From Eledone cirrhosa (taxonomy: Eukaryota), in assembly GCA_964016885.1 (NCBI GenBank), contig OZ024740.1, positions 240,870,001-240,934,000 of the forward strand: a stretch of DNA of 64,000 bases, read 5' to 3'. A program made the position numbers and the translations under genes. Below, in pieces: positions 11,965-22,860 of this stretch. Each line of letters begins with the position of its first letter. Within the stretch, counting starts at the first letter, position 1. The notes under the pieces were generated by a model. It had not been told where the DNA came from. It ran no database searches and saw nothing but the letters and a program-made list of their open reading frames with translations.

Positions 11965-13215
11965 AACTGATGCCCTCTTTCTGGTGAGACAACTGCAGGA
12001 GAGGTACTTAGATAAGAGTAAGCAACTGTATCTGGCTTTTGTAAATCTCGAGAATCCCTTTGACAGGTTCACATGCTCTGTAATCTGGTGGACACTTAGG
12101 AAGCTAAGTGTAGATGAATGGCTTGTGAGGGCCATGCAGACCATGTATAAAGAAGCAGCCAAGCAGAGTGAGAGTTGTAAATGAGTACAGTGATGAATTT
12201 GAAATGCAGCTAGGGTGTCACCTGGGTTCTGTCCTCAGTCCACTCCCAGTTATCATTGTCCTTCAGGCCATCATTGAAGAGTTTAAAACTGGCACTCCAT
12301 GGGAGCTCTTATATACTGATGACCTAGTCTGCCTCTTCCACAGGAGAGTAAGGGACAGAATTTCAAGCATGGAAGAAAACCTAGAGTTGAAAGGTCTAAA
12401 AGTAAACTTAGCAAAGATGAAAGTATTAATAAGTAGGAAAGAGGACAGGAGTGCGATACCATCAGGGAAGTGGCCTTGTTCAATATGTCAGAAAGTGTGT
12501 GTGGGGGGCAGAAATTTTATAAGGTACACACAGTGAATTGGTAGGAGTGTTAGAGACAACATTTCAAGCAAAGAACGTCGAGTTGAAAGGCACACCAGAA
12601 ATGTAACAGGGTTGCAGGTAGATTCACAGAAAAGATAGACTTTGTATATGGCAGATGCACAAGAGATGTAAGCACTAAGAACACATGTGAAGTAGATTTC
12701 TACAGTTGCCAGGAGGCTCATTACAACTTGTTACTTAGGCAATCAAATTAGAAGTTGGGGAGCATGTACTGAAAGTGTCATAGCCAGGATCAGAACAGGT
12801 TGGAAGAAGTTGACAACAAAGGGCTTCTCTCTCAAAGTAAAGGGTAGACTGTTTGATGTCTATGTGTAAACTGCAATGTTGCATGACAGCGAAACATGAG
12901 CCTTGATTGCAGAAGGCCTGCAAAAGCTGGAAAGAAATGAAGTGAGTATGCTCTGATGGATGTATAATGTTAGCGTGCAAGAACAATGTAGCATAAGCAG
13001 ATCTAGAGAAAAACTTGGCATAAAAAGAATTAGATGTAGTGTGCACTGTTATGAAACTGTGATGCATATGGAGAATAGCAGCTGCATAAAGAAATGCAGA
13101 GAAATCCCAATCACTGCAACCTGTGGAAGAGGCAGACTCAGGAAGACTTGGAACAAGGTAATGAAGAGAAACCTTAAGAAACTAAGCCTCACAACTGAGA
13201 TGACAAACGATTGAG
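11965..13215 (+). mobile_element. RTE LINE RT fragment, degenerate
   Basis: LYLAFVNLENPFDR, GSVLSPL, WELLYTDDLV and GRGRLRKTW. Confidence 0.9.
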
Positions 13216-13224
13216 TGTGCTGGC

Positions 13225-14485
13225 CAGGTACCTCATTGTCAAGCTTGACATGAGGAACGCCTATAACTGTCAACCCATTGGCCTACCTGTCGTATGGCAC
13301 CCTGAGCATGCTCCTTGCTGCTGACTTGGTCCTACCTTCAGCCACTGGGATTCAACAAGGTGACCCTTTGGGCCCACTCCCCTTTGCTCTTGGGATAGAC
13401 CAAATGGTTTGTAGCATCACGACCCTTTTCAAGGTTTGGTTCCTGGATGATCCCACTTTGGACAGGCCTGTTGAGACTGTCTAGCATGAGTTATGGTCAG
13501 TGGTTCCTGCTCTAGTGAGAATCAGCCTCGAGGTCAACTCATCCGAGTCGAAGGTGGTGAACGTCAACAATGACACAGAGGGCTTTGCTGCCTCTGTCAT
13601 GATCCATTCTCCGCCAGGTGCAGGTAACCTCGAAAGAGGTTGTCCTCATCTTCCCACTGGTCATCTGTGATCAAGGAATGTGATGCCACTCAGTAGACAC
13701 CCCTCCTCCTCTTTCCTTTGTAGATGTCAAATTCCCCAAGACCATATGGGATGCCATCCACTGTGCATGGACTTGGACAGGTTAGCATGCCAGCTCGACT
13801 AGCACCGCCTCGCATGCTTTCACTTAGCCTTGCAATCCCACAGATATGCCTGGCTCAATGCCTTACAGGAGGCTGTTTGACTGGCACGTAGCTGGATAAT
13901 GATAGCCTGCGAATAAAGGTTTCCCTGAGGCTCAGTCTCAGTATCTGGTAGCCACACAAATGTCGCTGCGGATCCACTGTAGACACTTTCGGCCTCCACC
14001 CGCTGTCCTCTTGCTTACAGTGCCAGCCACCTTCCATATCATGCTGCTCACAATGGGATCATTAAGCATGGCTTGGATGCTGCAGGCTTCCCCTCCCAGC
14101 TCGAGCTGGTGGAGCTGGACCGAGGGGGAAGCATGACCATCTTCCTGTCCTTTGGTGGTAAATCCCTCATCCGGGATGCCACATGCAGCGATATTTTCTC
14201 CAGTGGCAACCTGGTGCAGTCTGTGATTAATCCAGGCTCTGCTGCACTTTGGACCGAGGAGGGTAAACTCTTCAAATATCTGTCACTCTCCGACAGGTTT
14301 GCAGTTGAGACCGTAGCAGGGCATACTTCTGGTGTCCTTGGCCATATGACCACCTCTCAACTCACCACAATCACCATTGAGCTAGCTACCTGCAGGTGTG
14401 AGCCTCACAAGCTGGAATGGCTCTTTCAACACGTCTCCCTCACCATCCTCCGGGGAAACAGCTCTTCCATTCTGTCCACCAGGGC
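13225..14485 (+). mobile_element. CRE-clade non-LTR retrotransposon remnant (RT plus restriction-like endonuclease)
   Basis: GIQQGDPLGPL.F.L and WFLDD; C.CG...D..G.H.L.C at ~13965-14015; DATC, FAVET..G and WLFQ..SL.I.RGN..SIL. Confidence 0.75.
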
Positions 14486-15718
14486 CAAGGGCAGCCAGCG
14501 CGAGGGCTCCCATTTGCTTATAATAGTGAGAGATGGAGAGAGTGAGAGAGACAGAGGCAGTGAGTGAAAGAGAGAAAACATCAACACTTATTTTCTTATT
14601 TATTTATTTGTAATCACTATTGTTTTCCACCACCATTCTGTCCCAACGGTATTTCCTTTTTCACCATCCTTGTACTTTACTTTTCAAACACCGATTGAAG
14701 ACTTTTCTTAACCATTTCTTTCCAGGGTTACAACATGTCTAGAGTTTCCTCTTTGTTCATGGTTTCCTTTTTTTTTGTTTGGTATTGACTTACAAACAGA
14801 AATTCAGATAAACTATATTGATCATATCAGAACATAGGGACTGCCCATCCTCATCCTTCTAATAAATTAAAAACAAAAATGACAGTACAGCTACATAACA
14901 AATAGAATAACCTTTTGAGGATAATACATGTTCTATTGTATCTTTTTGTTAAAAAAAAAGTAGCATGAGATTAAGTTTCACTTGGTTACAATGGCTATCT
15001 CCACATAAACAAACAAGCAAAAAGAATATATATATATCAATGTTACTTTCAATTTGAATTAAGGTGAAACATTTTTCTTTTTAACAAGATATAAATGGAT
15101 AGATTTTCTATTAATGGTACCTAACTTTTGCAATGGATACAGCTATAAGATTCTTCTCTCCAACACTATAATTAAAGAAAGACACAAGAGATAATATGAT
15201 CTTAGGCAGCCCTTAAAAATGGGGAGGTTCAAGTTTGAAATACATCTGATCATAGGTTTGTTTGATCAGGATTGACCTGAGGCTAAACCACAACAACCCA
15301 TTGATTAAATAACTGACTAAACTGGTAGAATTTGTCTTCTATAAATGGTTCAATATTTGTTCACATTAGTTCAAATATTACACATGCCACAATATTTGCA
15401 GGGATGGTACAGACCAGTGGTTCCCAAACTATGGATCCCTTTGATTCCTATTTTACTCTGATAGACACCCATAACCATCCGATGTTTAAAAAAACCTATT
15501 ATTTTTATAGTTAATACAAAGCATTTTGAGATATGTAAAAGACTGATAAGTTTCAAAAAGTCAGTATAATGCAGTAGTAATATATAAAGGGCAAAGGATG
15601 ACAATTAAAACAAAATATGTGTCACCCTTTGCCTTTTATATATTTCTACTACATTGTACATTGTAACCGCTTTTTGAAACTTATCAATCTTTTGTTACCT
15701 ATTATTTTTTTCTTGATT

Positions 15719-16536
15719 CTAGATTGCGGATTACAGCTGACAAAGGATACTCTTCCTTCCTTCTCTTCTTTTCTTTTCTTCTCTTGTTTCGTCCATACCA
15801 CCATCCTAAATCTTGTTTATAGTAACCACACAGCTGCTTTCATTTCTTATCATTTTGTATTTACCACTGTGACCCTCCTCTACCTGTTTTGTTCGATCTA
15901 TGGTCCCATCACGCTTTCACATCGACTCTCCCTTTCTCTCTTCCCTTTTCCCTCCTCTCTCTCGTTCTCTCTCTCCCTCTCTCTATCCATCCATTCGTTT
16001 TCAATCATGTCAACGTGTTTACACTTGTAAAACTCCTCTGGTTTCGATCTGTACAACTATCGTAAAACCCTTTTCGGACTATCTCCCTTTCCCTTCTCCC
16101 TCTCACTTCCAGTTGCTCCGTCTCTCTCTCTCTCTCTCTGCTATGAATGAGTCGACACAATCACACTGGCTTCTAGTTAGCGCATCCCTCCAGACTTATG
16201 TCCACCCGGTTTGCTATAACTCATTTATCCTATTTTGCTGTTTTTCGTGTCAACACCTGTTTTTTCTCTCTTTTTTTCACTTTCTTCCACTCTCCTCATC
16301 ACCTTACCCCCTTTGTTCTTCTTCCATTTTTCCTTCTTTTTCCTTCCTTTTACTCCCCTTTTTTTCTCTTCTTTCCCTACTGGCCTTTTGATTAAGAAAA
16401 GGCCTTGGGTGCACCGCTGATCCTGTAAATAAGCGCCGAAACATCTAGATCGCAGATTACAGCTGGCGAAGGATTCTCTTCCTTTCTTCTCTTCTTTTCT
16501 TTTCTTCTCTTGTTTCATCCATACCACCATCCTAAT

Positions 16537-16539
<3 letters not shown>
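15719..16539 (+). repeat. ~725-bp pyrimidine-rich unit bounded by ~95-bp direct repeats (pLTR-like)
   Basis: ctagat.gc.gattacagctg.c.aaggat.ctcttcc...ccataccaccatcctaa occurs at ~15719 and ~16444; the unit ends at (TA)n. Confidence 0.7.
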
Positions 16540-16594
<55 letters not shown>

Positions 16595-16602
<8 letters not shown>

Positions 16603-16715
16603 TAAAATAACAGATTAAAGTTTAAGCAAGGAATAACGGGATCTTCAGAAGATCCCGTTAAGGGTGAAAGCAGCGATTCTTTGCTTAAACTTTAATCTGT
16701 TATTTTAATAAATAT
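16595..16715. repeat. Nested fold-back palindrome abutting (TA)n
   Basis: 40-bp outer arms (16595-16634 and 16676-16715) and inner taacgggatcttc-a-gaagatcccgtta. Confidence 0.9.
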
Positions 16716-16833
16716 TTTCTCTTGGGTTCTTATATATTTGATATATATTTATCCTTATCGAGCCCTCTTTGGATTTTAGTCTTCACATTTATTATTATTA
16801 CTATATATATATATATATATAGTATATATATAT

Positions 16834-16835
<2 letters not shown>

Positions 16836-16874
<39 letters not shown>

Positions 16875-18665
16875 TTTACGCCTGCTTTTCCCTGCTTGCA
16901 AGGGTGGGACGGGTCTTATTCAGCACAGCATCTCTCCACTTGTCACGGTCCTTCGTCATCTCCACCGTGAGCTTCAGTGATCTGAGGTCTGTTCTCACCA
17001 CCTCTGCCCATGTTTTTCGTGGTCTACCTCTACCACGTCTTCCTTCAACTGGCATTTCCTGGCACTTCTTCACCCATCGGTCATCCTGCATGTGCATCAC
17101 ATGTCCATACCACCTCCGTCTCCTCTCCCGTACACTACATTCTATCCCTCTCAGACACAGTTTCTCTCTCAACACATTCATGCTGGGTCGTTCACGCACA
17201 TTGACACTGCACATCCAACGGAGCATGCTTCCCTCATTTTTCTCCAGCCATCGCATATCCTCTGCAATTGCTGCCCATGTCTCACTACCATGCAACATCG
17301 CGCTCCTCATACAGGCATCATATAACCGACCTTTCGTACGCAAGGAGAAACCCTTCTTCGTCAGCAGAGGAAGCAGCTTCCTAAACTTCTTCCAACCCGT
17401 CCTTATTCTAGATACTATGGCCTCGGAACACCCCTCTCCCATGCTAATCTGATCTCCGAGGTACCGGAAGCTATCCACCACTTCCATAGCACCCGCCTAC
17501 ATTTGAAAAATGTGTCTATCAATGCGACTTCTACTGTCTAATTTCCCTGTACATCTACTGCATACATATTTCTCCCTACCTGTTAGTTTGCCTGCTATCC
17601 CGCTACATCTCTTGTGTACCCAGGATCTGCATTGTGTGCATTTTATAGAATTTATGCCAGTTCCTTTTCTGCATATCGAACATGGCCATTTCCCTGACGG
17701 AATCAGAGTTTTGTCCTCTTTTCTACTCATCAACACTTTTGTCTTAGTTAGGTTCACTCTCAGTCCTTTTGCTTGCAACTGCTGTTTCCATAGCCAGAAT
17801 TTATTCTCTAGCTCCTCTACTGATTCTGCTATAAGAACCAGATCATCAACATAGAGAAGTTCCCATGGACAGCCAGTCTTAAACTCCTCTGTTATGGCTT
17901 GGAGGACTATAATGAACAAGAGCGGGCTGAGGACCGAACCTTGATGTACTCCTACTTGTATCTGGAATTCCTCACTAAACTCCATTCCTACCCGGACTTT
18001 ACTGACTGTACCTCTGTACAAAGTTTGCACTGTCCTCACAAGCCATTCCTCAACACCTAGTTTCCTTAGGGACCACCAGATGACAGATCGGGGTACCCTA
18101 TCAAAGGCCTTCTCTATGTCAACAAAGGCTAAGTATAGTGGCTTATTTTTCTCTAAGAACCTCTCTTGCAATTGTCTCACCAAGAAGAGGGCATCTGTTG
18201 CACTCTTCCCAGGCACAAAACCAAACTGCATCTCATCTAGTTTGACCCTTTCTCTAATTAGTTGTGCTAATATCCTTTCTGCCACTTTCATAACCTGATC
18301 CATCAGTTTTATACCCCTATAATTGCCCCTCTCCGGAGCATCTCCTTTACCTTTGTAGCAATTTATGAGAATACTGCTGCACCAGTCTTTGGGTATGACA
18401 CCACCATATATAGCCTGATTGATGATGCGTACAACCAGTTTAGTGCCTACGTCCCCTGATGCCTTCAGCATCTCAGCAACTATTCCTGATGGTCCAGCAG
18501 CCTTACCATTTTTCATTTCCTTAATCGCCTCTTGGACCCTATATTCGTCAATCTCAATAGCTGGTCCTTCTGTTGGATCTACTGAGGGTAATTTCTCTCT
18601 CTCCCATTCTCCACATTCATCAGTCTCTCATAATGACATTTCCAGGCCTCCTTTTTCTGATCATT

Positions 18666-18669
<4 letters not shown>
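16836..18669 (-). mobile_element. RTE-clade LINE, RT and 3' end, frameshifted, cut by (TA)n at 18670
   Basis: [40 protein letters not shown] and GRPRKTW; (GAT)n tail. Confidence 0.95.
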
Positions 18670-18717
<48 letters not shown>

Positions 18718-18770
18718 CGCGCCTCATTTAGTCTTCTAAGATACTTAGAAGTGAAAGGTTTACTAATTCG

Positions 18771-18850
18771 ACATCCACTGACAAGCAATAGAATTGGTAA
18801 TTCCCTTTCACTTAATTGCGAAACAGCATTGCCAAAAGCTGTTTGGATGT
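18771..18850 (+). ncRNA. Type I hammerhead ribozyme-like motif (G8A)
   Basis: acatcca CTGACAA gcaat..attgc GAAA cagc attgccaaaa gctg TT tggatgt. Stems are 7, 5 and 5 bp and all perfect. Confidence 0.8.
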
Positions 18851-18929
18851 ACAATTGATAGTTATCACAATTTCGGTTTGTATTTTTTCTTAATTTATTC
18901 TTTTAAATTGAGTCTGGCAAACCGCATTG

Positions 18930-19875
18930 TTCATAGTTTAAAAAATCAAACATAGGGTCAGGGGTCACCCATGGAGAAAGCCCACAAAAAGCCGTGGTCA
19001 GCCTGACTGCTAAGGTAAGTGCCCCTTCACAGTTGTCCTCTTCTAATCTATATGTGTATACTCAGGACAGGCCCATTCACTTGGACCATGCTTGCCACTC
19101 TCATCCACCTTTCAACAAACTGGTTGGTAGGTAGCATTTCCCTCTCTACCCTGAGTTTCCTCTTCAAGTGAAACCTGAAAAAATTAATCAGGGCTTCGCC
19201 AAAGAGGAAAGTGCTTGTCTTCAACCCTTTTAAACATGTCCACCACACAACCTCTTTTGTCATGTCTACCAGGCAGATTAAAAACTGCCTGTCCTTCCCT
19301 TCTAAAGGAAGACAACAAGATGATCTTCTCAATGAACTTAGTTGTTAGTCAGATCTATCCCACATGTGATAGCAGGTGTTCAATATAAACCACAAGTCAA
19401 CAATACTTAGACCTCGGACAGGCCCAGCTGATGGCACTGCCATGTCTGTAGAGTTTATCTTGAACTGGCAAAGCCTCAGTAGCACTGCCAGGTCAGGGAT
19501 TTCTAGAAGTTATCCAGGGGCCCTGAACTGAAAGTCCTCTGAAAAAGAGTGGCTAGTTGATTTTCATCAATGTTTAGTCTCCCTAAGAATATTCTCATTT
19601 TTTTTCTGCCACTAACTCTCTATAGAACATCAACGTGGAGTTTCCACCAATTGTTCTGCCCCATTTTCTGAGGACCGAGAGCACTTGAAGACATTCTAGT
19701 CTCGAAGCACTCCCTCTTGGTTTTCACTTGACCTAGGACTGCAGCTCCATTAAGGTGACCAGCTAGGGAAAAAACATCTCTAGAGAATGGCGATCACATC
19801 TGTTCACTGCCAAGGAAAAGTTGGAGATGCCTTAGCCTCAGCGCATCATCACCCACAACATACCCAATCCTCCAT
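18930..19875 (-). mobile_element. Tx1/L1-clade ORF2 C-terminal fragment
   Basis: KEVVWW..LK....F..G..LINFF.FHLKRKLRVERE.L....F.ERW. Confidence 0.6.
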
Positions 19876-20057
19876 GCAGAGGGTTTTGACAGTAAATGGA
19901 CCACCTGATCAGTGGAACCTGGCCCTTCCACAAAAATCAAAAGAGTAAATGCTCCAGTGCAGACAGATGTGGACTTGGAAAAGGCATGACAGTCAGTAGT
20001 AGTAATGATATTAATGATAAAAAGAGCAGCAATAATAATAATAATAATAATAATAAT

Positions 20058-20277
20058 AATTGTTTCTGTTTTAGGCACAAGGTCAACAATTTGAAGGGGA
20101 GAGGAAAGTCGATTAAATCGACCACAGTGCATTACTGGTGTTTTATTTTATCGACCCCGTAAGGATGAAAGGCAAAGCTAGCCTCGGTGGGATTTGAACT
20201 CAGAATATAAAGGGCCATAACACTATGCTACAAAGTATGGTGTCCGACGCTCTACCGATTCTGCCAATTCACCGCCT
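20058..20277 (-). mobile_element. Nin-like tRNA SINE with (TTA)n tail
   Basis: Reverse complement of the 4238 family; followed by (AAT)n at 20031-20060. Confidence 0.85.
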
Positions 20278-20429
20278 TAACAATTATAATAATGATAATA
20301 ATAGTAATCATAATAATAGCAAAAAAGTAATGATACCAGTAATAGTCATAGTGAAGAATAATAAAAGAAGTAATAAAACATTAGTCGAGGAGACTAATGA
20401 AAGTACTGGTGGAATTCTTTAAAATAGAG

Positions 20430-20728
20430 GTTATACCAATTAAGTTGATAATAGCACTAACAAAGACACCGTACAGGACCAGTGAAAGACAGGCAGGATC
20501 GTGCAAGTACTCACGTAAATAAGTGGGAGGAAAGAGTAGAGGGGTCGGGTTATAGGGAGGGAGGGTGTAATGAGAATGGGAGTACTAAATTGGGTGGGGT
20601 ATCCAGGCTGCAAAGCCTGTTGTTGAGGTGTTTGGGGCATATAGTCCATTATCCTCTGGGGTAATTTGATGGTTTGGAGTAGAGGTAGAATTTCTGGATC
20701 CAGTGCCTGCATTTGGTCACCAATTTTG

Positions 20729-20730
<2 letters not shown>
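20430..20730 (-). mobile_element. 3' tip of a Naiad-type PLE ORF plus 3' region
   Basis: Minus frame SKLVTKCRHWIQKFYL resembles the L.SKCRH..KF.L terminus; starts at (TA)n. Confidence 0.45.
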
Positions 20731-20782
<52 letters not shown>

Positions 20783-20869
20783 CATGCATACATATATAAG
20801 GAATATGGTAAAACTAAGTATACCACTAACATTTTTGCTGGTGGTGATCGCAATAAGGGTATAATCAAT

Positions 20870-21310
20870 AATAATAATCGACTTTTCAGGATCAATTGTA
20901 ATTGTAGAATTCCTAATAATTGCCAAATTTGGCGGTAAATGTCTTAAAACTAATGTTCTTTATAGATATGAGGTTTCTACTAGTGATAATTGCTTTAATT
21001 ATATAGGTGCCATTGCCAATAAATTCAAAACTGGATTCTATGCTCATACTCATTCCTTTAAAAATAAGAAGCTGAAAAATATAACTACTCTGGAAAAATT
21101 AATCTGTTCCCTTAAAGAAGATAAGGTTAAATATAATTTTAAATGGTCTCGAATTAATACTGCAAGGCCATATGGGGAAAATAAATCCAAATGTAATCTT
21201 TCTTTAACTGAGGTGTTTGGAAATTAACCTCCAATTTGAACTTATTAAATGCTTAAAATGAGGTAATTCCTTCTTGTCAACATAAAACACTAATTTTTAC
21301 TATAAAATTA
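20870..21310 (+). mobile_element. Naiad/Chlamys-type PLE GIY-YIG endonuclease fragment
   Basis: CNCR.PNNC..GKCL..NVLY...V......YIG....FK..FY.H.HSF..K.....T.L...I.SLK......KW......PY......CNL.LTE, read across one frameshift. Confidence 0.75.
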
Positions 21311-21760
21311 AGGAAACTGACTAGAGTTATACTTAATTTATGGTTGCCCCCCCCCCCTCTTTTTTCTTATGGATATAGGTGTATGTGTGTATGTGTGTGT
21401 GTATTTCTACTTCTATGTGGGTGTTATTTTTATATATCCTTACCTTTTTCTGTTCTCTCTCTCTATATATATATTTATATATATATATTTTATAGATTTC
21501 TTATATTTAATTATATTTCTAGATTTGATTTTATGAAGATATATATCAATATTTATATGTACCTATGTATGTATATATATATATGGGTGTATTGATGTGC
21601 AGGGGGTGAATGTATATGTATTTTTACGTGTGTGTGAATGTGCATACATAAATGTGTGTTAGATATGCATTTATGTATGTGTGTGTATGTATTTGTATAT
21701 GTATTTATATGCGTATATATGTGTATTTATGTATGCGTGTGTATATATATATATACATAT

Positions 21761-22774
21761 ATATGAATAAAGTGGTCCTTCATCAGTGATCTTCCAACCA
21801 TCATCGGTATTTCTTCGCTTTAAAGACCATATACCTCCGGTTGGTGCGAGCAACGGCTAAAGAAAGTCGTTGGGACATGTAAATAAAGGGAACAGCGAGA
21901 GTGTAAACAAACAAAGATGGTGAAGCAACGAAAAGTGAGGAAGAGCGAGTCAATTCCAAAAATTTCCATGAATATAAGTTCGGTGAAATCGTGAACGAGA
22001 GAGAATAAAGACCATCAAACCTGGTTGAAATGTGAGCAAGGAAAGAATTTCGCACAGGTCTAACGGGAGGAAGAAGGGGTCTAGTCTGTGAATTCGGTAA
22101 ACATAAGTTCTGTGAAATCGTAGACGAGAGAGAGAGAACAAATGCCGACCGGCCTGGCCAAGCGTGCGAAAGAAAAGAATTACGCACAGGTCAAACAGGA
22201 AGAAGGAGGAGGAGGAGAGGTAGTAACAGAGAGTGAGTGAGTGAAGGGTGAGGAAGAGGCTAACAGAGAGAGTGACTGTTAGAGAGGGTAAAGATACAGA
22301 GAAAGAGGAAGCATTAAGAACGAAATAGACGGGTCACAGCGGGAGAAAAAATTATGTGTAAATATGAGAATAAACGTGCTGCGGAGTTGCAAATGGGTTA
22401 CATATGAATAAAGTGGTCCTTCATCAGTGATCTTCCAACCATCATCGGTATTTCTTCGCTTTAAAGACCACATTTCAACCAGGTTTGATGGTTTTTATTC
22501 TCTCTCGTTCACGATTTCACCGAACTTATATTTATGGAAATTTTTGGACTTGACTTGCTCTTCCTCACTTTTCGTTGCTTCACCATCTTTGTTTGTTTAC
22601 ACTCTCGCTGTTCCCTTTATTTACATGTCCCAACGACTTTCTTAAGCAGTTGCTCGCACCAACCGGAGGTATATGGTCTTTAAAGCGAAGAAATACCGAT
22701 AATGGTTGGAAGATCACTGATGAAGGACCACTTTATTCATATGTAACCCATTTGCAACTCCGCAGCACGTTTAT

Positions 22775-22780
<6 letters not shown>
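21761..22780. repeat. 640-bp unit with terminal direct repeat plus an inverted ~310-bp copy (PLE pLTR-like architecture)
   Basis: 21761-21830 is repeated at 22402-22470. 22471-22780 is the reverse complement of 21761-22033 plus 22364-22401. Both ends lie in (TA)n. Confidence 0.85.
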
Positions 22781-22830
<50 letters not shown>

Positions 22831-22860
22831 ATTTATGTATATATATATATGTGTGTGTGT

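Noticed and set aside
20378-20415. Hammerhead 3' half (hairpin-GAAA-gtac-TG)
   Set aside because: No CUGANGA box upstream, and G occupies the cleavage position.
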